Assembly: GCA_965217585.1 (NCBI GenBank)
Contig: OZ244561.1
Span: forward strand, 64,001 to 128,000
DNA from: Candidatus Latescibacterota bacterium
GTDB taxonomy: Bacteria; Latescibacterota; UBA2968; UBA8231
DNA: 64,000 nt
Reading direction: 5' to 3'
The notes beneath the pieces are model-generated. The model saw nothing but the letters and a program-made list of their open reading frames with translations, did no database searches and was not told the DNA's origin. The position numbers and the translations under genes were made by a program. Below are positions 19,619 through 29,715 of this stretch, piece after piece; position 1 is the stretch's first letter; every line of letters begins with the position of its first letter.

Positions 19619-21721
19619 TCAGAGGCGCTTTTGGCTCGATTCCCTCACCATAGTCAGGATCCCGACGTAGGCGTCGTAGAAATTCTGAATGTTGACCACG
19701 TAATGCACGGGCTGGCCGCAGCGACAGAAGCCGTAGCGCGCCCGTTTGTAGTACGCCGGCTTGGCGAGCAGCCTCATCGCCTGTTCCACGTGGCCGAACC
19801 ACCGGTCGGGATTCCACCCGTTCTCGCGGGCCAAGCGGCGCGCGTCGAGCACGTGCCCGTACCCGACATTGTAGGCGGCCAACGCAAGGCGCATCCGCTC
19901 ATCCATAGGGATTTTCGGATCAAAGCGGTTGACCAGGTGAGACATGTACTTTACCCCCGCGTGGATATTCTCTTCGGGGTCGTGCAGATCGGTAAATCCC
20001 AGTTCGCGCCCGGTGACCGGCATGATCTGCATCAGCCCGCGAGCGCCGACCCAGCTAGTGGCTTGGGGATCGAATTTGGATTCCTGGTACATCTGCGCGG
20101 TAATCAAGCGCCAGTCCTGACCGTATTGCTGGGCGTATTTTTTTACCAACTCATCATAGGGCGACAGGCGACCGCTCAAATCGACCCGCAGCGAATCCTT
20201 CGCCTTGGCGATGGTGCGCTTGTTTTTGAAGTATCGCTTCTTCATCATGTTAAAAAACAAGCCGCCTTTTTCTTCTTTTACGTACTGGTTGAGCGCCGCC
20301 AGCAAGGCCGGATTGTCCGCGCGCACCGCCCACCCCAAAGCCGTCGGCTTGATGCTGAAGGCCGCCTTGAGCTGCCGCCCGTAGGCGAGTTCCACATCGA
20401 GCAGATTGGAGTCGCACAGAGTAATGTCGTAGCGACCCGCCTCGACGTCGGCTAGGATATCTTCGGTTTCGAGGGAGTCGGGCAGTGGTTCGACCTGCAA
20501 ACCCTCTATGGAATCGGCGAGAGCCATCAGGGTGGTGTAAAAAGAAGAGCTTTGGCGCACGTGGATTGTGCGCCCGGCCAAGTCCTGGAGACTGGCAATC
20601 GAATCCTCCTCCGCGCGCACTACCACCAGCTCGTCCACTTCGTTATAAGGCAAGGTAAACGCCGCCTGTGCCCGTCGCTCTTCAGTAATGGTCATCGCCG
20701 CGGCCACGACGTCGCCTTTGCCTTCGTTCAAATACGCCAGCAGATCGGCGTGGCTTTCCGGAATGACGATATCGAGCCGCAGGTCGTGTCGGTTGGCGAA
20801 TTCCTTTATAAGCTCGTATTCAAAGCCCACCTGCCGGCCGCGGTGGATGAAGTAGGTCATCGCGTTATTGCGCGTGATCATGCGCAGCCGCCGCTGCTCT
20901 TTTAACCCGGGCAGATCGTCGGTGAAGGCTTGCTGGGGCTGACGCGTAAACTGCCGGGCGAGCAGATATTCATCGACCTTGGTCTTGAGCCGCACATCGT
21001 CGGGCCGCATCATCAGGGCAATCGGGCGATTTTCGGCCAGCACCAGCGGCGTAACCATGCTGTGGTAGTAGCTTGCTACCGCCCGCCACAAATGCTCGTC
21101 GGATATGGTCGCTTGGTATTCGCCGCGAACAATGCCTTCGAGGAGGTGTTCGAGGCCGAGCTTTTCCGGCGCGGCGTGAATGCGCAACGACGGCACCTGT
21201 TGCTGAATATCCAACAGGGTCTGGTAGTGCGAGCTGGAGCGCCGGACGCCGATTTTCATCCCGGCCAAGTCCTCAATCGTCGCCAGCAGGCTGTCGCTGG
21301 CCGCCGTAATCAGATATTCATCCACATAGAGATACGGCACGGAAAACGCCGCTTGCTCCTTCCGCTCTGGCGTAATCGTTAGGCTAGCAGCGACGATGTC
21401 GCCTTCGCCTTCCAGCAGTTTCTGGACCATCTGGGCGTAATTTTCGACCTTTACCAGCACCAGCTCCAGCTTGAGCGCCTCAGCCAGGCCGTGGGCGAGA
21501 TCGTAGTCGATCGTCACCGGTTCGGCAGACTTGGGCATGTGGTCAAGCGGCTCTGGGGGGACGATGACGCGCAACTTGCCGTGGGATTGCAATACCGGCA
21601 GATCGCCGGTGTATTTGGGCAACGGCGGCGGGGTCGCCGGAGTCGCCGGTTGGCTGCATTGCGCAAAGGTAGAAAGGGCAATAAGTCCTGCGGGAAGAAG
21701 CGTTCGGGTATGCAACAACAC
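19619..21721 (-). CDS. mltF: Membrane-bound lytic murein transglycosylase F-like protein (two periplasmic binding domains plus SLT)
   Basis: Two SBP_bac_3-like repeats; SLT motifs YQESKF, GARGLMQIMP and AAYNVGYGHVLDAR. GTG at 21721 follows GGAGG; lipobox-like FAQC. Confidence 0.85.
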   Translation of the reverse strand: MLLHTRTLLPAGLIALSTFAQCSQPATPATPPPLPKYTGDLPVLQSHGKLRVIVPPEPLDHMPKSAEPVTIDYDLAHGLAEALKLELVLVKVENYAQMVQKLLEGEGDIVAASLTITPERKEQAAFSVPYLYVDEYLITAASDSLLATIEDLAGMKIGVRRSSSHYQTLLDIQQQVPSLRIHAAPEKLGLEHLLEGIVRGEYQATISDEHLWRAVASYYHSMVTPLVLAENRPIALMMRPDDVRLKTKVDEYLLARQFTRQPQQAFTDDLPGLKEQRRLRMITRNNAMTYFIHRGRQVGFEYELIKEFANRHDLRLDIVIPESHADLLAYLNEGKGDVVAAAMTITEERRAQAAFTLPYNEVDELVVVRAEEDSIASLQDLAGRTIHVRQSSSFYTTLMALADSIEGLQVEPLPDSLETEDILADVEAGRYDITLCDSNLLDVELAYGRQLKAAFSIKPTALGWAVRADNPALLAALNQYVKEEKGGLFFNMMKKRYFKNKRTIAKAKDSLRVDLSGRLSPYDELVKKYAQQYGQDWRLITAQMYQESKFDPQATSWVGARGLMQIMPVTGRELGFTDLHDPEENIHAGVKYMSHLVNRFDPKIPMDERMRLALAAYNVGYGHVLDARRLARENGWNPDRWFGHVEQAMRLLAKPAYYKRARYGFCRCGQPVHYVVNIQNFYDAYVGILTMVRESSQKRL

Positions 21722-22099
21722 GCCGCGCCTCCTTTCAAATGGGCCCGCTCGGCTGGGCCTCAGCGGTGTTTTAGTCTCCAAGCTTATGCGGCCAGAAGTC
21801 CATCTGCACCATGCCCAGCCGTGACATTTTTGCACCAATGTGTATTAGCACCAAATCGCTTATCAGACACTTGATCAGGACGTTGTATCCACATTGGGGT
21901 CTCATTGTTGAACTCCTCCAGCTTTCTCGGGCACCATAAACCCCTCGGTCCAGCTATCTTTCGCCAATGATAGAGAAGATAGGCATTTTTCGTCAAGCAG
22001 TTTTCGCCACCACTGCACGGCTTGACGCCGTTTGCCTAAAGGCCCTTTATACTTCCGCACTTGCTGCCAATGCGGCCCATTTAAGGAGGATTGACCACC

Positions 22100-23116
22100 G
22101 TGCTAACCCATGGACTCACCGTCGTCGAGCCGGGGCGGATTGAGGTTACAGAGACCGACCTCGACGACCGCCTGCACCCCTCGGAAGTACTGATAGAGAC
22201 CGAATATTCCATCGTCAGCGCCGGCACCGAAGGCGCGGGCTTTACCGGCCTCGTCAAGCAGATGCCTTTCGGCGACGCCGGTCAGTATCCCCGCGACACC
22301 GGCTACGGCAACCTCGGCCAAGTGTTGAAGGTCGGCGACGCAGTCTCCGGCGTACAACCGGGCGACCGCGTATTGTCCTTTACCCGCCACGCTTCTATCG
22401 TCAAGACAGATGCACAGCGCATGGCGTTGCCTGTCTCGCGCGAGGCCCCCGGCCAGCACCTCGTGTTTACGCGCATGGCCGGCGTCAGCATCTCCGCCTT
22501 GCGCTCTTCTAGCGTCCAGCCCGGAGACACGGTGCTGGTGGTCGGCGGCGGCCTCGTGGGCAACTTCGCCGCCCAGCTCTTCCACCTAGCTGGTGCCGAT
22601 GTCATGCTCGCGGATTTGTCCGAGCTGCGCCTGCGCCAAGCGCGCGCCTGCGGCATCGAGCGCACCGTCAATCCCGGCCGCGACGATCTGGAAGAAGCAG
22701 TGCGCGACTGGACCGGCGGCGCGGGTGCTCGCATCGGCGTCGAGGCCATTGGCATCAGCGAAGTCATCGCCCAGACCGCGATGTGCGTTGCCCGCCACGG
22801 CGAACTCATCCTCCTCGGCAGTCCACGCGCCCCAGCCCACTTCGATGTGACGCCCATGCTGCTGCGCATCCACTTAGAGGCGATCCGCATGATCGGTGCC
22901 CTCGAGTGGCGCTGGCCGCAGCACGAGACTGAGCGCTGCCGCGATCTCGACGCCAATTACCGCCAGATCGCCGCGTGGATCGCCGGCGGCCAGCTCGTCG
23001 TCGAACCCCTGCTCTCCCATCTGGCGTCCCCGGCGGACTGTCAGCAGATGTACGAAGGGCTTACCACCAATAAAGAGGAATACCTCGGCGTGGTCTTCGA
23101 CTGGTCGCGCCTGTAA
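22100..23116 (+). CDS. Zinc-type (MDR family) alcohol/sugar dehydrogenase
   Basis: SAGTE, GY..GQV..VG and Rossmann VVGGGLVG. AAGGAGG spacing favours GTG 22100 over TTG 22091. Confidence 0.85.
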   Translation: MLTHGLTVVEPGRIEVTETDLDDRLHPSEVLIETEYSIVSAGTEGAGFTGLVKQMPFGDAGQYPRDTGYGNLGQVLKVGDAVSGVQPGDRVLSFTRHASIVKTDAQRMALPVSREAPGQHLVFTRMAGVSISALRSSSVQPGDTVLVVGGGLVGNFAAQLFHLAGADVMLADLSELRLRQARACGIERTVNPGRDDLEEAVRDWTGGAGARIGVEAIGISEVIAQTAMCVARHGELILLGSPRAPAHFDVTPMLLRIHLEAIRMIGALEWRWPQHETERCRDLDANYRQIAAWIAGGQLVVEPLLSHLASPADCQQMYEGLTTNKEEYLGVVFDWSRL

Positions 23117-23126
23117 TTTAATACCC

Positions 23127-24617
23127 ATGCCAACGCACTACCTCGCGCTAGACATCGGCTCGACGACCGTCGTCGCCATCGTCATTGACCTCGACACCAA
23201 CGTCGTCGTCGGCGCAGCCAGCACGGCCAATCTGTCCGAAGTGACCGCCGCGGCAGATAAGCGAATCAGCCGCTCGGAATGGGATCTCGACGCGATGACC
23301 GAGCTGGCCATCGACAACGCCGCCGCGCTCGTAGCCCGCACCAACGCCCGGCCCGCGGCCATCGGCGTCACCGGGCAGCAACAGGGCCTTCAGCTTCTCG
23401 ACCCCGCGCTCAATGCCGTAGGCCCTTTCTTCTCCTGGCAGGACCAGCGCGCCCAAGAATGCCTACCGGGCCAGCAGCACACCTACCTCGACATCATAGC
23501 CCAGCGCGGGGGTGCCACCGCCGCCGAAGACGAGCTACCCGCCTTTGCCCATACCGGCTGCCCTCTCGTGGCGGGCCACGCTGCACCGCACCTGTTTTGG
23601 CTGCAAGCCAACAATCAGCTTCCCAGCGGCGTCAGCGGCACGACGGCCCCTGAGTTTGTGGTGTCGCGTCTGGTGGGCAAACGGCCCGTTGTCGATCCCA
23701 CGGACGCGCTCGGCTGGGGCGTCTATGATGTGGCCAAGCGCGGCTGGGCGGACGAGCTTATCGCCGCCCTTGGCCTAGACCAGGCGCTGTTTCCCGATCT
23801 CGCCGAATCCTGTACCATGGCCGGTCCCCTGACCGCAGCAATGGCCCATAAGCTCGGCGTACCAGCGGGTCTGCCCGTCGCCGTGGCGTCCGGCGATCAC
23901 CAGTGCAGCTTTGCCGGCACGGTTGCCGATTACGCCAACACCGTGGCCGTCAATGTCGGCACCGGCGGGCAAGCCGCCCTGCATATCGAAGCCCCCCTGC
24001 CGCGCGGCTCGCTCGAACTGCGTCCCTATATGCAGCGCGGCTACCTACTGGCCGGCGTGGGGGCCGTCGGCGGACGCACGTTTAGAACCCTGCGCGACTT
24101 CTTCGCCGACGCCATCTATGCCCTCACCGAGATCCAACCCGACCGCGAGGCCCTCTACGAGCGGCTCGTCGCATTAGCGGCCGATGTGCCGGCCGGTGCC
24201 GAGGGCGTGCGCACCGACCCGCTGTTTTCCGGATCGCGCCGCAGTCCACGCGCCAAAGCCGCCTTCCGCGAGCTGACCTCTGCGACGCTGACTGCTGGCC
24301 ATCTAACGCGCGCACTGTTGGAAGGCATGGCCGTCGAGTTGGCCGACTCGTACCTCGAGGCCATCAGACTGGGCGCTGGCCCGCGCTCCAAGCTGGTTGG
24401 CGCTGGCAACGGCATCAAGCTAAATCCCGTGCTGCGGGAGGCGTTGGAAGCGGAGTTCGCTATGCCACTGCACGTAGGGTCGCACGGCGAAGAAGCCGCC
24501 GCCGGTGCCGCGCTGTGTGCCGCCGTGGCCGACGGCGCGTTCGGCTCTATTGCCGAAGCGAGCGCGGCGTTTGCCACTGTCCCCCCTTCCGCGTCGGCAG
24601 TGTCAAGCGTCAAATGA
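23127..24617 (+). CDS. FGGY-family carbohydrate kinase (sedoheptulokinase/xylulokinase-like)
   Basis: Motifs LDIGSTT, GVTGQQQG, SWQDQR, SGDHQCS and NVGTGGQ. Confidence 0.88.
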   Translation: MPTHYLALDIGSTTVVAIVIDLDTNVVVGAASTANLSEVTAAADKRISRSEWDLDAMTELAIDNAAALVARTNARPAAIGVTGQQQGLQLLDPALNAVGPFFSWQDQRAQECLPGQQHTYLDIIAQRGGATAAEDELPAFAHTGCPLVAGHAAPHLFWLQANNQLPSGVSGTTAPEFVVSRLVGKRPVVDPTDALGWGVYDVAKRGWADELIAALGLDQALFPDLAESCTMAGPLTAAMAHKLGVPAGLPVAVASGDHQCSFAGTVADYANTVAVNVGTGGQAALHIEAPLPRGSLELRPYMQRGYLLAGVGAVGGRTFRTLRDFFADAIYALTEIQPDREALYERLVALAADVPAGAEGVRTDPLFSGSRRSPRAKAAFRELTSATLTAGHLTRALLEGMAVELADSYLEAIRLGAGPRSKLVGAGNGIKLNPVLREALEAEFAMPLHVGSHGEEAAAGAALCAAVADGAFGSIAEASAAFATVPPSASAVSSVK

Positions 24618-24678
24618 GATGTTTCTGGCAGTCTGGCACTGTTCTTATGTAAGAGCGAAATTATATTATACGTGACAT

Positions 24679-24948
24679 ATGCCTCGCCCAAGAAAACCAT
24701 ACCGTCCTTTGCGGGCTGAAGACTTGCCCGAGCGTTTTCGTCCCCTCAAGAACTGGCATGGAGTAATGGTCGTGGTGGAGTACGGACCCTACAAGGGTCG
24801 GAGAGGCTATCCCGATGAGCAGGGCAATATATGGGTGCCCACACGACCGGGTGAGTCGCATGGAGGGCCTCACTTCGATGTCCAGTTAGACGAAGGGCGG
24901 GCCGGTCACATCAATGTCTATCCAGACGAACGAAAAAATCGAGGGTAA
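24679..24948 (+). CDS. Stand-alone polymorphic toxin domain (Ntox37-like predicted RNase)
   Basis: GYPDEQGNIWVPT..SHGGPHFDVQ..HINVYP matches the Ntox37-type signature as I recall it (GNxWVPT..HGGPHWDVQ..NVYP). Confidence 0.7.
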   Translation: MPRPRKPYRPLRAEDLPERFRPLKNWHGVMVVVEYGPYKGRRGYPDEQGNIWVPTRPGESHGGPHFDVQLDEGRAGHINVYPDERKNRG

Positions 24949-24949
24949 C

Positions 24950-25216
24950 ATGAAACATATCGAGATTGTCGATGGGGCACTGAATAGTCGCTTTGAACTA
25001 TACGCTGTGACCGATCAAGTCTTTGAGTTGCTATTTCCCGCAGAAGAAGACGAAATATATCTTGAAGATCTGAGCGAAGAGCTGCAAGAGAATGCCGCGT
25101 TCTGGGAACAAGTTTATGCCCGAGAAGTAGATCGACGCACAGTTAAGGGAATCCACGGCATCCTCCATACGCATCCCAAAGCGAAAATCTCCATCCTAGA
25201 ACAAACCGCTAGTTGA
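24950..25216 (+). CDS. Putative cognate immunity/antitoxin protein
   Basis: Small acidic protein starting 1 nt after the toxin stop; MKHIEIVDGALN..GIHGILH. Confidence 0.55.
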   Translation: MKHIEIVDGALNSRFELYAVTDQVFELLFPAEEDEIYLEDLSEELQENAAFWEQVYAREVDRRTVKGIHGILHTHPKAKISILEQTAS

Positions 25217-25259
25217 AATAGATAAATCGACTATTGACCACTTAAAACAGGAGTCAACG

Positions 25260-28112
25260 ATGAGACGAGTTTTGCCGCTTTTCTTTGTATTTCCAGTGCT
25301 GCTGTACGCCTGCGTCAGCACGTCGCCAACGCCCGTGCAACAGGCCGCGATGGAGGAGACGACCGAGGAGAAGCTGCCCATTGATTCGCTGGTGACCGTC
25401 GGCCAGCTAGACAACGGCCTGCGCTATGTCATCCGCAAAAACCAGAAACCCGAGAACCGAGTCGAGCTGCGGCTAGTGGTCGATGTAGGCTCGGTGCTGG
25501 AGGACGAAGAGCAGCAGGGGCTGGCGCACTTTGCCGAGCACATGGCCTTCAACGGCACCAAAAACTTTGCCAAGCAGGAGCTGGTGGACTATCTGGAGCT
25601 AATCGGCATGCGCTTTGGGCCGGATCTCAATGCCTACACCAGCTTCGACGAAACCGTGTACATGCTGACGGTACCTACCGACAGCGCCGAGGTGGTGCAC
25701 ACAGCCTTCCAAATCTTAGAGGACTGGGCGCACCAGATCAGCTTTGAGACCGAGGAGATCGACAAGGAACGGGGCGTAGTCATCGAAGAGTGGCGGCTGG
25801 GGCGCGGCGCACAGCGGCGCATGTTCGACAAGCAATTGCCCATCCTCCTAAAAGATTCGCGCTACGCCGTGCGCCTGCCCATCGGCCAAAAGGCCGTGCT
25901 CGACACCTTTCAGCACGAGGCCCTGCGCCGCTTTTACCAAACCTGGTACCGGCCCGACCTGATGGGTTTTGTGGCCGTCGGCGACATTGAGCCAGCGGCA
26001 ATAGAGGCACTGGTGCAGGAGTATTTTGCGCGCATCCCCGCGACAGCAAGCCCCCGCGAACGCACGGTGTTCCCCGTGCCCGACCACGAGGAGACACTAT
26101 TCTCCATTGCCACCGACCCAGAAGCCACCTACAACAACGTCAGCATCTACTACAAAATGGACGTGCGACCCCAAGGAACGGTGAGTACCTACCGCCGCTC
26201 ACTCATTGAGGCCCTATATCACCGGATGTTCAACCAGCGCCTGCACGAACTGACCAAGCAGCCCGAGCCGCCCTTTTTGGGGGCCTATTCGGGCCAGGGG
26301 CGCTGGCTGCGCTCCAAGGAGTTTTTCATCCTCGGCGCTGCGGTGCAAAACAACGGTTTCGACGCTGGTCTCGAGGCCCTGTTGATTGAAGCGGCTAGAG
26401 TGCGGGAATTCGGCTTTACCGCCTCTGAGCTAGAGCGCGAGAAAAAGGAAATGCTGCGCGGCATGGAGCAGTCCTACCGCGAGCGCGACAAGCAGCAGTC
26501 GAGCGGTTTTGCCGCCGAATACGTGCGCCACCTGCTGACCGACGAGGTGATCCCCGGCATTGCCAAAGAGTACGAACTCTACCAAGAGCTGGTACCCGGC
26601 ATTGCACTGGCGGAGATCAATGCGCTGGCCAGCGAGTGGACGAGCGAAAAAAACCGGGTGATCACCGTGGAGGCACCCGAGCAAGAGGGTATTGCCGTGC
26701 CCAACGAGCAGGATCTGCTGGCGATCTTCGCCGAGGCGGCGCAGCAGGAGATCGAGCCGTACGCCGAAGAGGTGTCCGACGAGCCGCTGGTGGCCCAGGT
26801 GCCAGCTCCGGCTGAAATCATCGAACGCAGCCAAATCCCCGAGATCGGCGTGACTTGGTGGACCCTCGCCAACGGCATCCGGGTCTGCCTGAAGCCGACG
26901 GACTTCAAAAACGATGAGATCCTCTTCCGGGCCTATAGCCCCGGTGGGCACTCGCTGGTCCCCGACGCCGACTACGTCGCGGCTTCGACGGCGACTTCGG
27001 TGGTAAGCGAAGGCGGCGTGGGGCCGTTTAACAAGATCTCACTGGAGAAGAAACTGGCCGGCAAAGTGGTGCGGGTATCGCCGTGGATCAGCAGCTTGCG
27101 GGAGGGCATTTCTGGCTCGGCCTCGCCCGAAGATATCCAGACCATGTTCGAGCTGATCTACGCCTTCTTCACCGCGCCGCGCCAAGACAGCACGGCCTTC
27201 CAAGCCTACCAGACGCTCATGCGAGGTTCCATCCAAAATCGCAGTGCGCGTCCAGAGACGGCTTTCAGCGACACCATTGCGGTCACCATGGCGCAGTATC
27301 ACCACCGGGCGCGCCCCTGGTCGCTGGAGTTGCTCGACGAGATGGACTTGGGCACGTCTATGGCCGTGTACCAAGATCGCTTTGCCGATGCCGGCGACTT
27401 CTCGTTTTTCTTTGTCGGCAACTTCACCCTCGAAGAGATGGAGCCGCTGGTGCGTACCTATTTGGGTGGCCTGCCAGCCACGGACCGGGAGGAAACTTGG
27501 CGCGACGTCGGCATCGAGGCCCCGGAGGGCGTGATCGACAAAGCGGTCTATCGCGGCATCGAACCCAAGAGCCAATCGCGGATGATTTTCACCGGCCCCT
27601 TTGAATACGACGGCTGGAAAAACAACCTCGAACTCAGGGCCATGACCTCCGTGCTGCAGATCAAGCTGCGCGAGGTATTGCGCGAGGACTTGGGCGGCAC
27701 CTATGGGGTATGGGTCGGCAGCAGCGGCTCGCACTACCCGGACGAGAAGTACCGCATCTCCATCACCTTCGGCAGCGATCCCGAGCGCGTCGAGGAGCTG
27801 ACGCAGGTAATCTTCGAGCAAATCGACAGCCTAAAAACCGTCGGCACCACCGACCTCTACGTCGATAAGGTCAAGGAAATGCGCAAGCGCCAGCGCGAGA
27901 CCGACCTCAAGGAAAACAGCTTCTGGGTCGGGTCTCTGGAGGCGCTAGACTTCAACGGAGTCGATCCACGGCTGCTGATTCAGTATCCAGCGTTGGTCGA
28001 TTCGCTGACTGTGGAGGCGGTGCAGCAATCGGCGCAGAAGTATTTCAACATGGATCGCTATGTGCGGGTGGTGCTCTATCCAGAGGAATCAGGCGAGGCG
28101 GGAGAAGAGTAG
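25260..28112 (+). CDS. pqqL: M16 family zinc protease (PqqL-like), lipoprotein
   Basis: Inverted zinc motif HFAEH(MAFNGT), NAYTSFDETVY, duplicated M16 halves and lipobox LYAC. Confidence 0.9.
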   Translation: MRRVLPLFFVFPVLLYACVSTSPTPVQQAAMEETTEEKLPIDSLVTVGQLDNGLRYVIRKNQKPENRVELRLVVDVGSVLEDEEQQGLAHFAEHMAFNGTKNFAKQELVDYLELIGMRFGPDLNAYTSFDETVYMLTVPTDSAEVVHTAFQILEDWAHQISFETEEIDKERGVVIEEWRLGRGAQRRMFDKQLPILLKDSRYAVRLPIGQKAVLDTFQHEALRRFYQTWYRPDLMGFVAVGDIEPAAIEALVQEYFARIPATASPRERTVFPVPDHEETLFSIATDPEATYNNVSIYYKMDVRPQGTVSTYRRSLIEALYHRMFNQRLHELTKQPEPPFLGAYSGQGRWLRSKEFFILGAAVQNNGFDAGLEALLIEAARVREFGFTASELEREKKEMLRGMEQSYRERDKQQSSGFAAEYVRHLLTDEVIPGIAKEYELYQELVPGIALAEINALASEWTSEKNRVITVEAPEQEGIAVPNEQDLLAIFAEAAQQEIEPYAEEVSDEPLVAQVPAPAEIIERSQIPEIGVTWWTLANGIRVCLKPTDFKNDEILFRAYSPGGHSLVPDADYVAASTATSVVSEGGVGPFNKISLEKKLAGKVVRVSPWISSLREGISGSASPEDIQTMFELIYAFFTAPRQDSTAFQAYQTLMRGSIQNRSARPETAFSDTIAVTMAQYHHRARPWSLELLDEMDLGTSMAVYQDRFADAGDFSFFFVGNFTLEEMEPLVRTYLGGLPATDREETWRDVGIEAPEGVIDKAVYRGIEPKSQSRMIFTGPFEYDGWKNNLELRAMTSVLQIKLREVLREDLGGTYGVWVGSSGSHYPDEKYRISITFGSDPERVEELTQVIFEQIDSLKTVGTTDLYVDKVKEMRKRQRETDLKENSFWVGSLEALDFNGVDPRLLIQYPALVDSLTVEAVQQSAQKYFNMDRYVRVVLYPEESGEAGEE

Positions 28113-28222
28113 CGCTACGCGGTACCGTATATTTTTCTCGCTACTACGTCGCCGTCGGCCCGAGCTGTTTTGGTTGGGTCGGCGGCGGCTTTAGCACTCT
28201 TATTCACTATCTTCAATAAACT

Positions 28223-29293
28223 TAGGACTTACGCAGTTGGATAGTTTAGGATAAGATAGAAGCTACTCCCCCTCCGCCGCGAGCCAGTCCGATGAACCCA
28301 GCCAAGTGTGCAGACCACGACTACATCCACTTCCTGATCGCCGCTCAGTGCGCCTTCAGTTGTACTGAGGCCGCCCGCTGTCATCCTGAAGGGGGCCCTA
28401 CGCCATCCCATGACGCCTTCACGCGCCTGCTCACAAGACAGCCTCCCGATACCGAGGCGTTGTGGCGAGAGACGCAGGGACTGGTCACCCTTCAGGGCGG
28501 CGTGTTGGCTCTGGACGATTCCACCTTGGACAAGCCCTATGCCAAGCGGATCGAACTGGTGACGCGCCATTGGAGCGGCAAACATCACCGGGTGGTCTTG
28601 GGCATCAATCTCATAAGTATGGTCTGGTCGGACGGCCTCGCTTGCATTCCCTGCGACTTCCGCGTCTATGACAAGCCGATCGGGGGCCACAACAAGAACG
28701 AGCACTTCCGGGCGATGCTGGCCAGTGCCCAAGCGCGCGGCTTTCAGCCCGAGTGCGTGGTGTTCGATAGCTGGTATGCTTCCCTCGACAACCTCAAGCG
28801 GATTCGCGCCTACGATTGGTCTTGGCTGACGCGCCTCAAGGCCAACAGACAGGTCAACCCCGATGGGAGCGGCAACGTGGCGATCGGCTCTGTTGCCATC
28901 GAACCGGAAGGCCGGCGGGTGCATCTCAAGGGCTATGGGTTCATCCAGGTGTTTCGGACGGTCTCGGCAAACGGAGACGCGCAATACTGGGCAACCAACG
29001 ACCTGGAGATGGCTGTCAGCCAGTTTGAGGCGTGGTCCAAGCGGGCGTGGTCCATTGAGACCTACCACCGAGGCCTCAAGCAGTGTTGCGGCGTCGAGCA
29101 GGCGCAGGTTCGGTCGGCACGGGCGCAGATGAACCATATCGCGTTGTCGATTCGCGCCTTCGTGCGGTTGGAGGTGCATAGACTCCAAACCGGTGTCAGT
29201 TGGTATGAAGCCAAAAGGAACATCATCCGAGAGGCTGTCCGGCTGTATCTGCAACGACCACTGCACAGGCTCAACTCAACTGCGTAAGTCCTA
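28223..29293 (+). mobile_element. IS701-family insertion sequence
   Basis: Perfect 17-bp terminal inverted repeats TAGGACTTACGCAGTTG/CAACTGCGTAAGTCCTA; 5-bp target duplication AAACT at 28218-28222 and 29294-29298. Confidence 0.9.
28292..29287 (+). CDS. IS701-family DDE transposase
   Basis: Motifs LALDDSTLDKPY, VVFDSWY and WSIETYHRGLKQCCG. Confidence 0.9.
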   Translation: MNPAKCADHDYIHFLIAAQCAFSCTEAARCHPEGGPTPSHDAFTRLLTRQPPDTEALWRETQGLVTLQGGVLALDDSTLDKPYAKRIELVTRHWSGKHHRVVLGINLISMVWSDGLACIPCDFRVYDKPIGGHNKNEHFRAMLASAQARGFQPECVVFDSWYASLDNLKRIRAYDWSWLTRLKANRQVNPDGSGNVAIGSVAIEPEGRRVHLKGYGFIQVFRTVSANGDAQYWATNDLEMAVSQFEAWSKRAWSIETYHRGLKQCCGVEQAQVRSARAQMNHIALSIRAFVRLEVHRLQTGVSWYEAKRNIIREAVRLYLQRPLHRLNSTA

Positions 29294-29715
29294 AAACTTC
29301 TTAAGTCGCCAGTACATAGATGTTAACTTTCCTTTTCCACCTGTATAGTCAAGGTATCCACCTGTAAACATTTCATAGCATCCGGTACGTGCTATTTTGT
29401 CCATGAAGCTGGCTATCTGATCTCTTGGAAGCCTTAATTCATTCGTTATATCTTCTGCAAATTTGTCCCAAAACTGGTTGGTCCACTGTAGATCATTCTG
29501 TGCTTCTGATCGTGTGGTTGAGCTATATTTATCTAAGATTCTTAAAGCCAAGAGTTCACGATAACTAAGTTCATCTAATATTTTTAGGAAATCCTCATAC
29601 TCATCTATATTTGAGATATCTTTTTCTGTAAGCGAACTTTTCAAAAGACGAGCAAACATTTCTATTTTTTCTCGTCTTCTGGTATTTAGCGCATACTGAG
29701 AAGCTGTTGAGTTAT

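Noticed and set aside
21784-21996. tmRNA (ORF ending in LAA)
   Set aside because: No tRNA-like 5' GGGG or 3' TTCGA..CCA ends flank it.
28229-29266. 345-aa minus-strand ORF
   Set aside because: It is the antisense shadow of the IS701 transposase.
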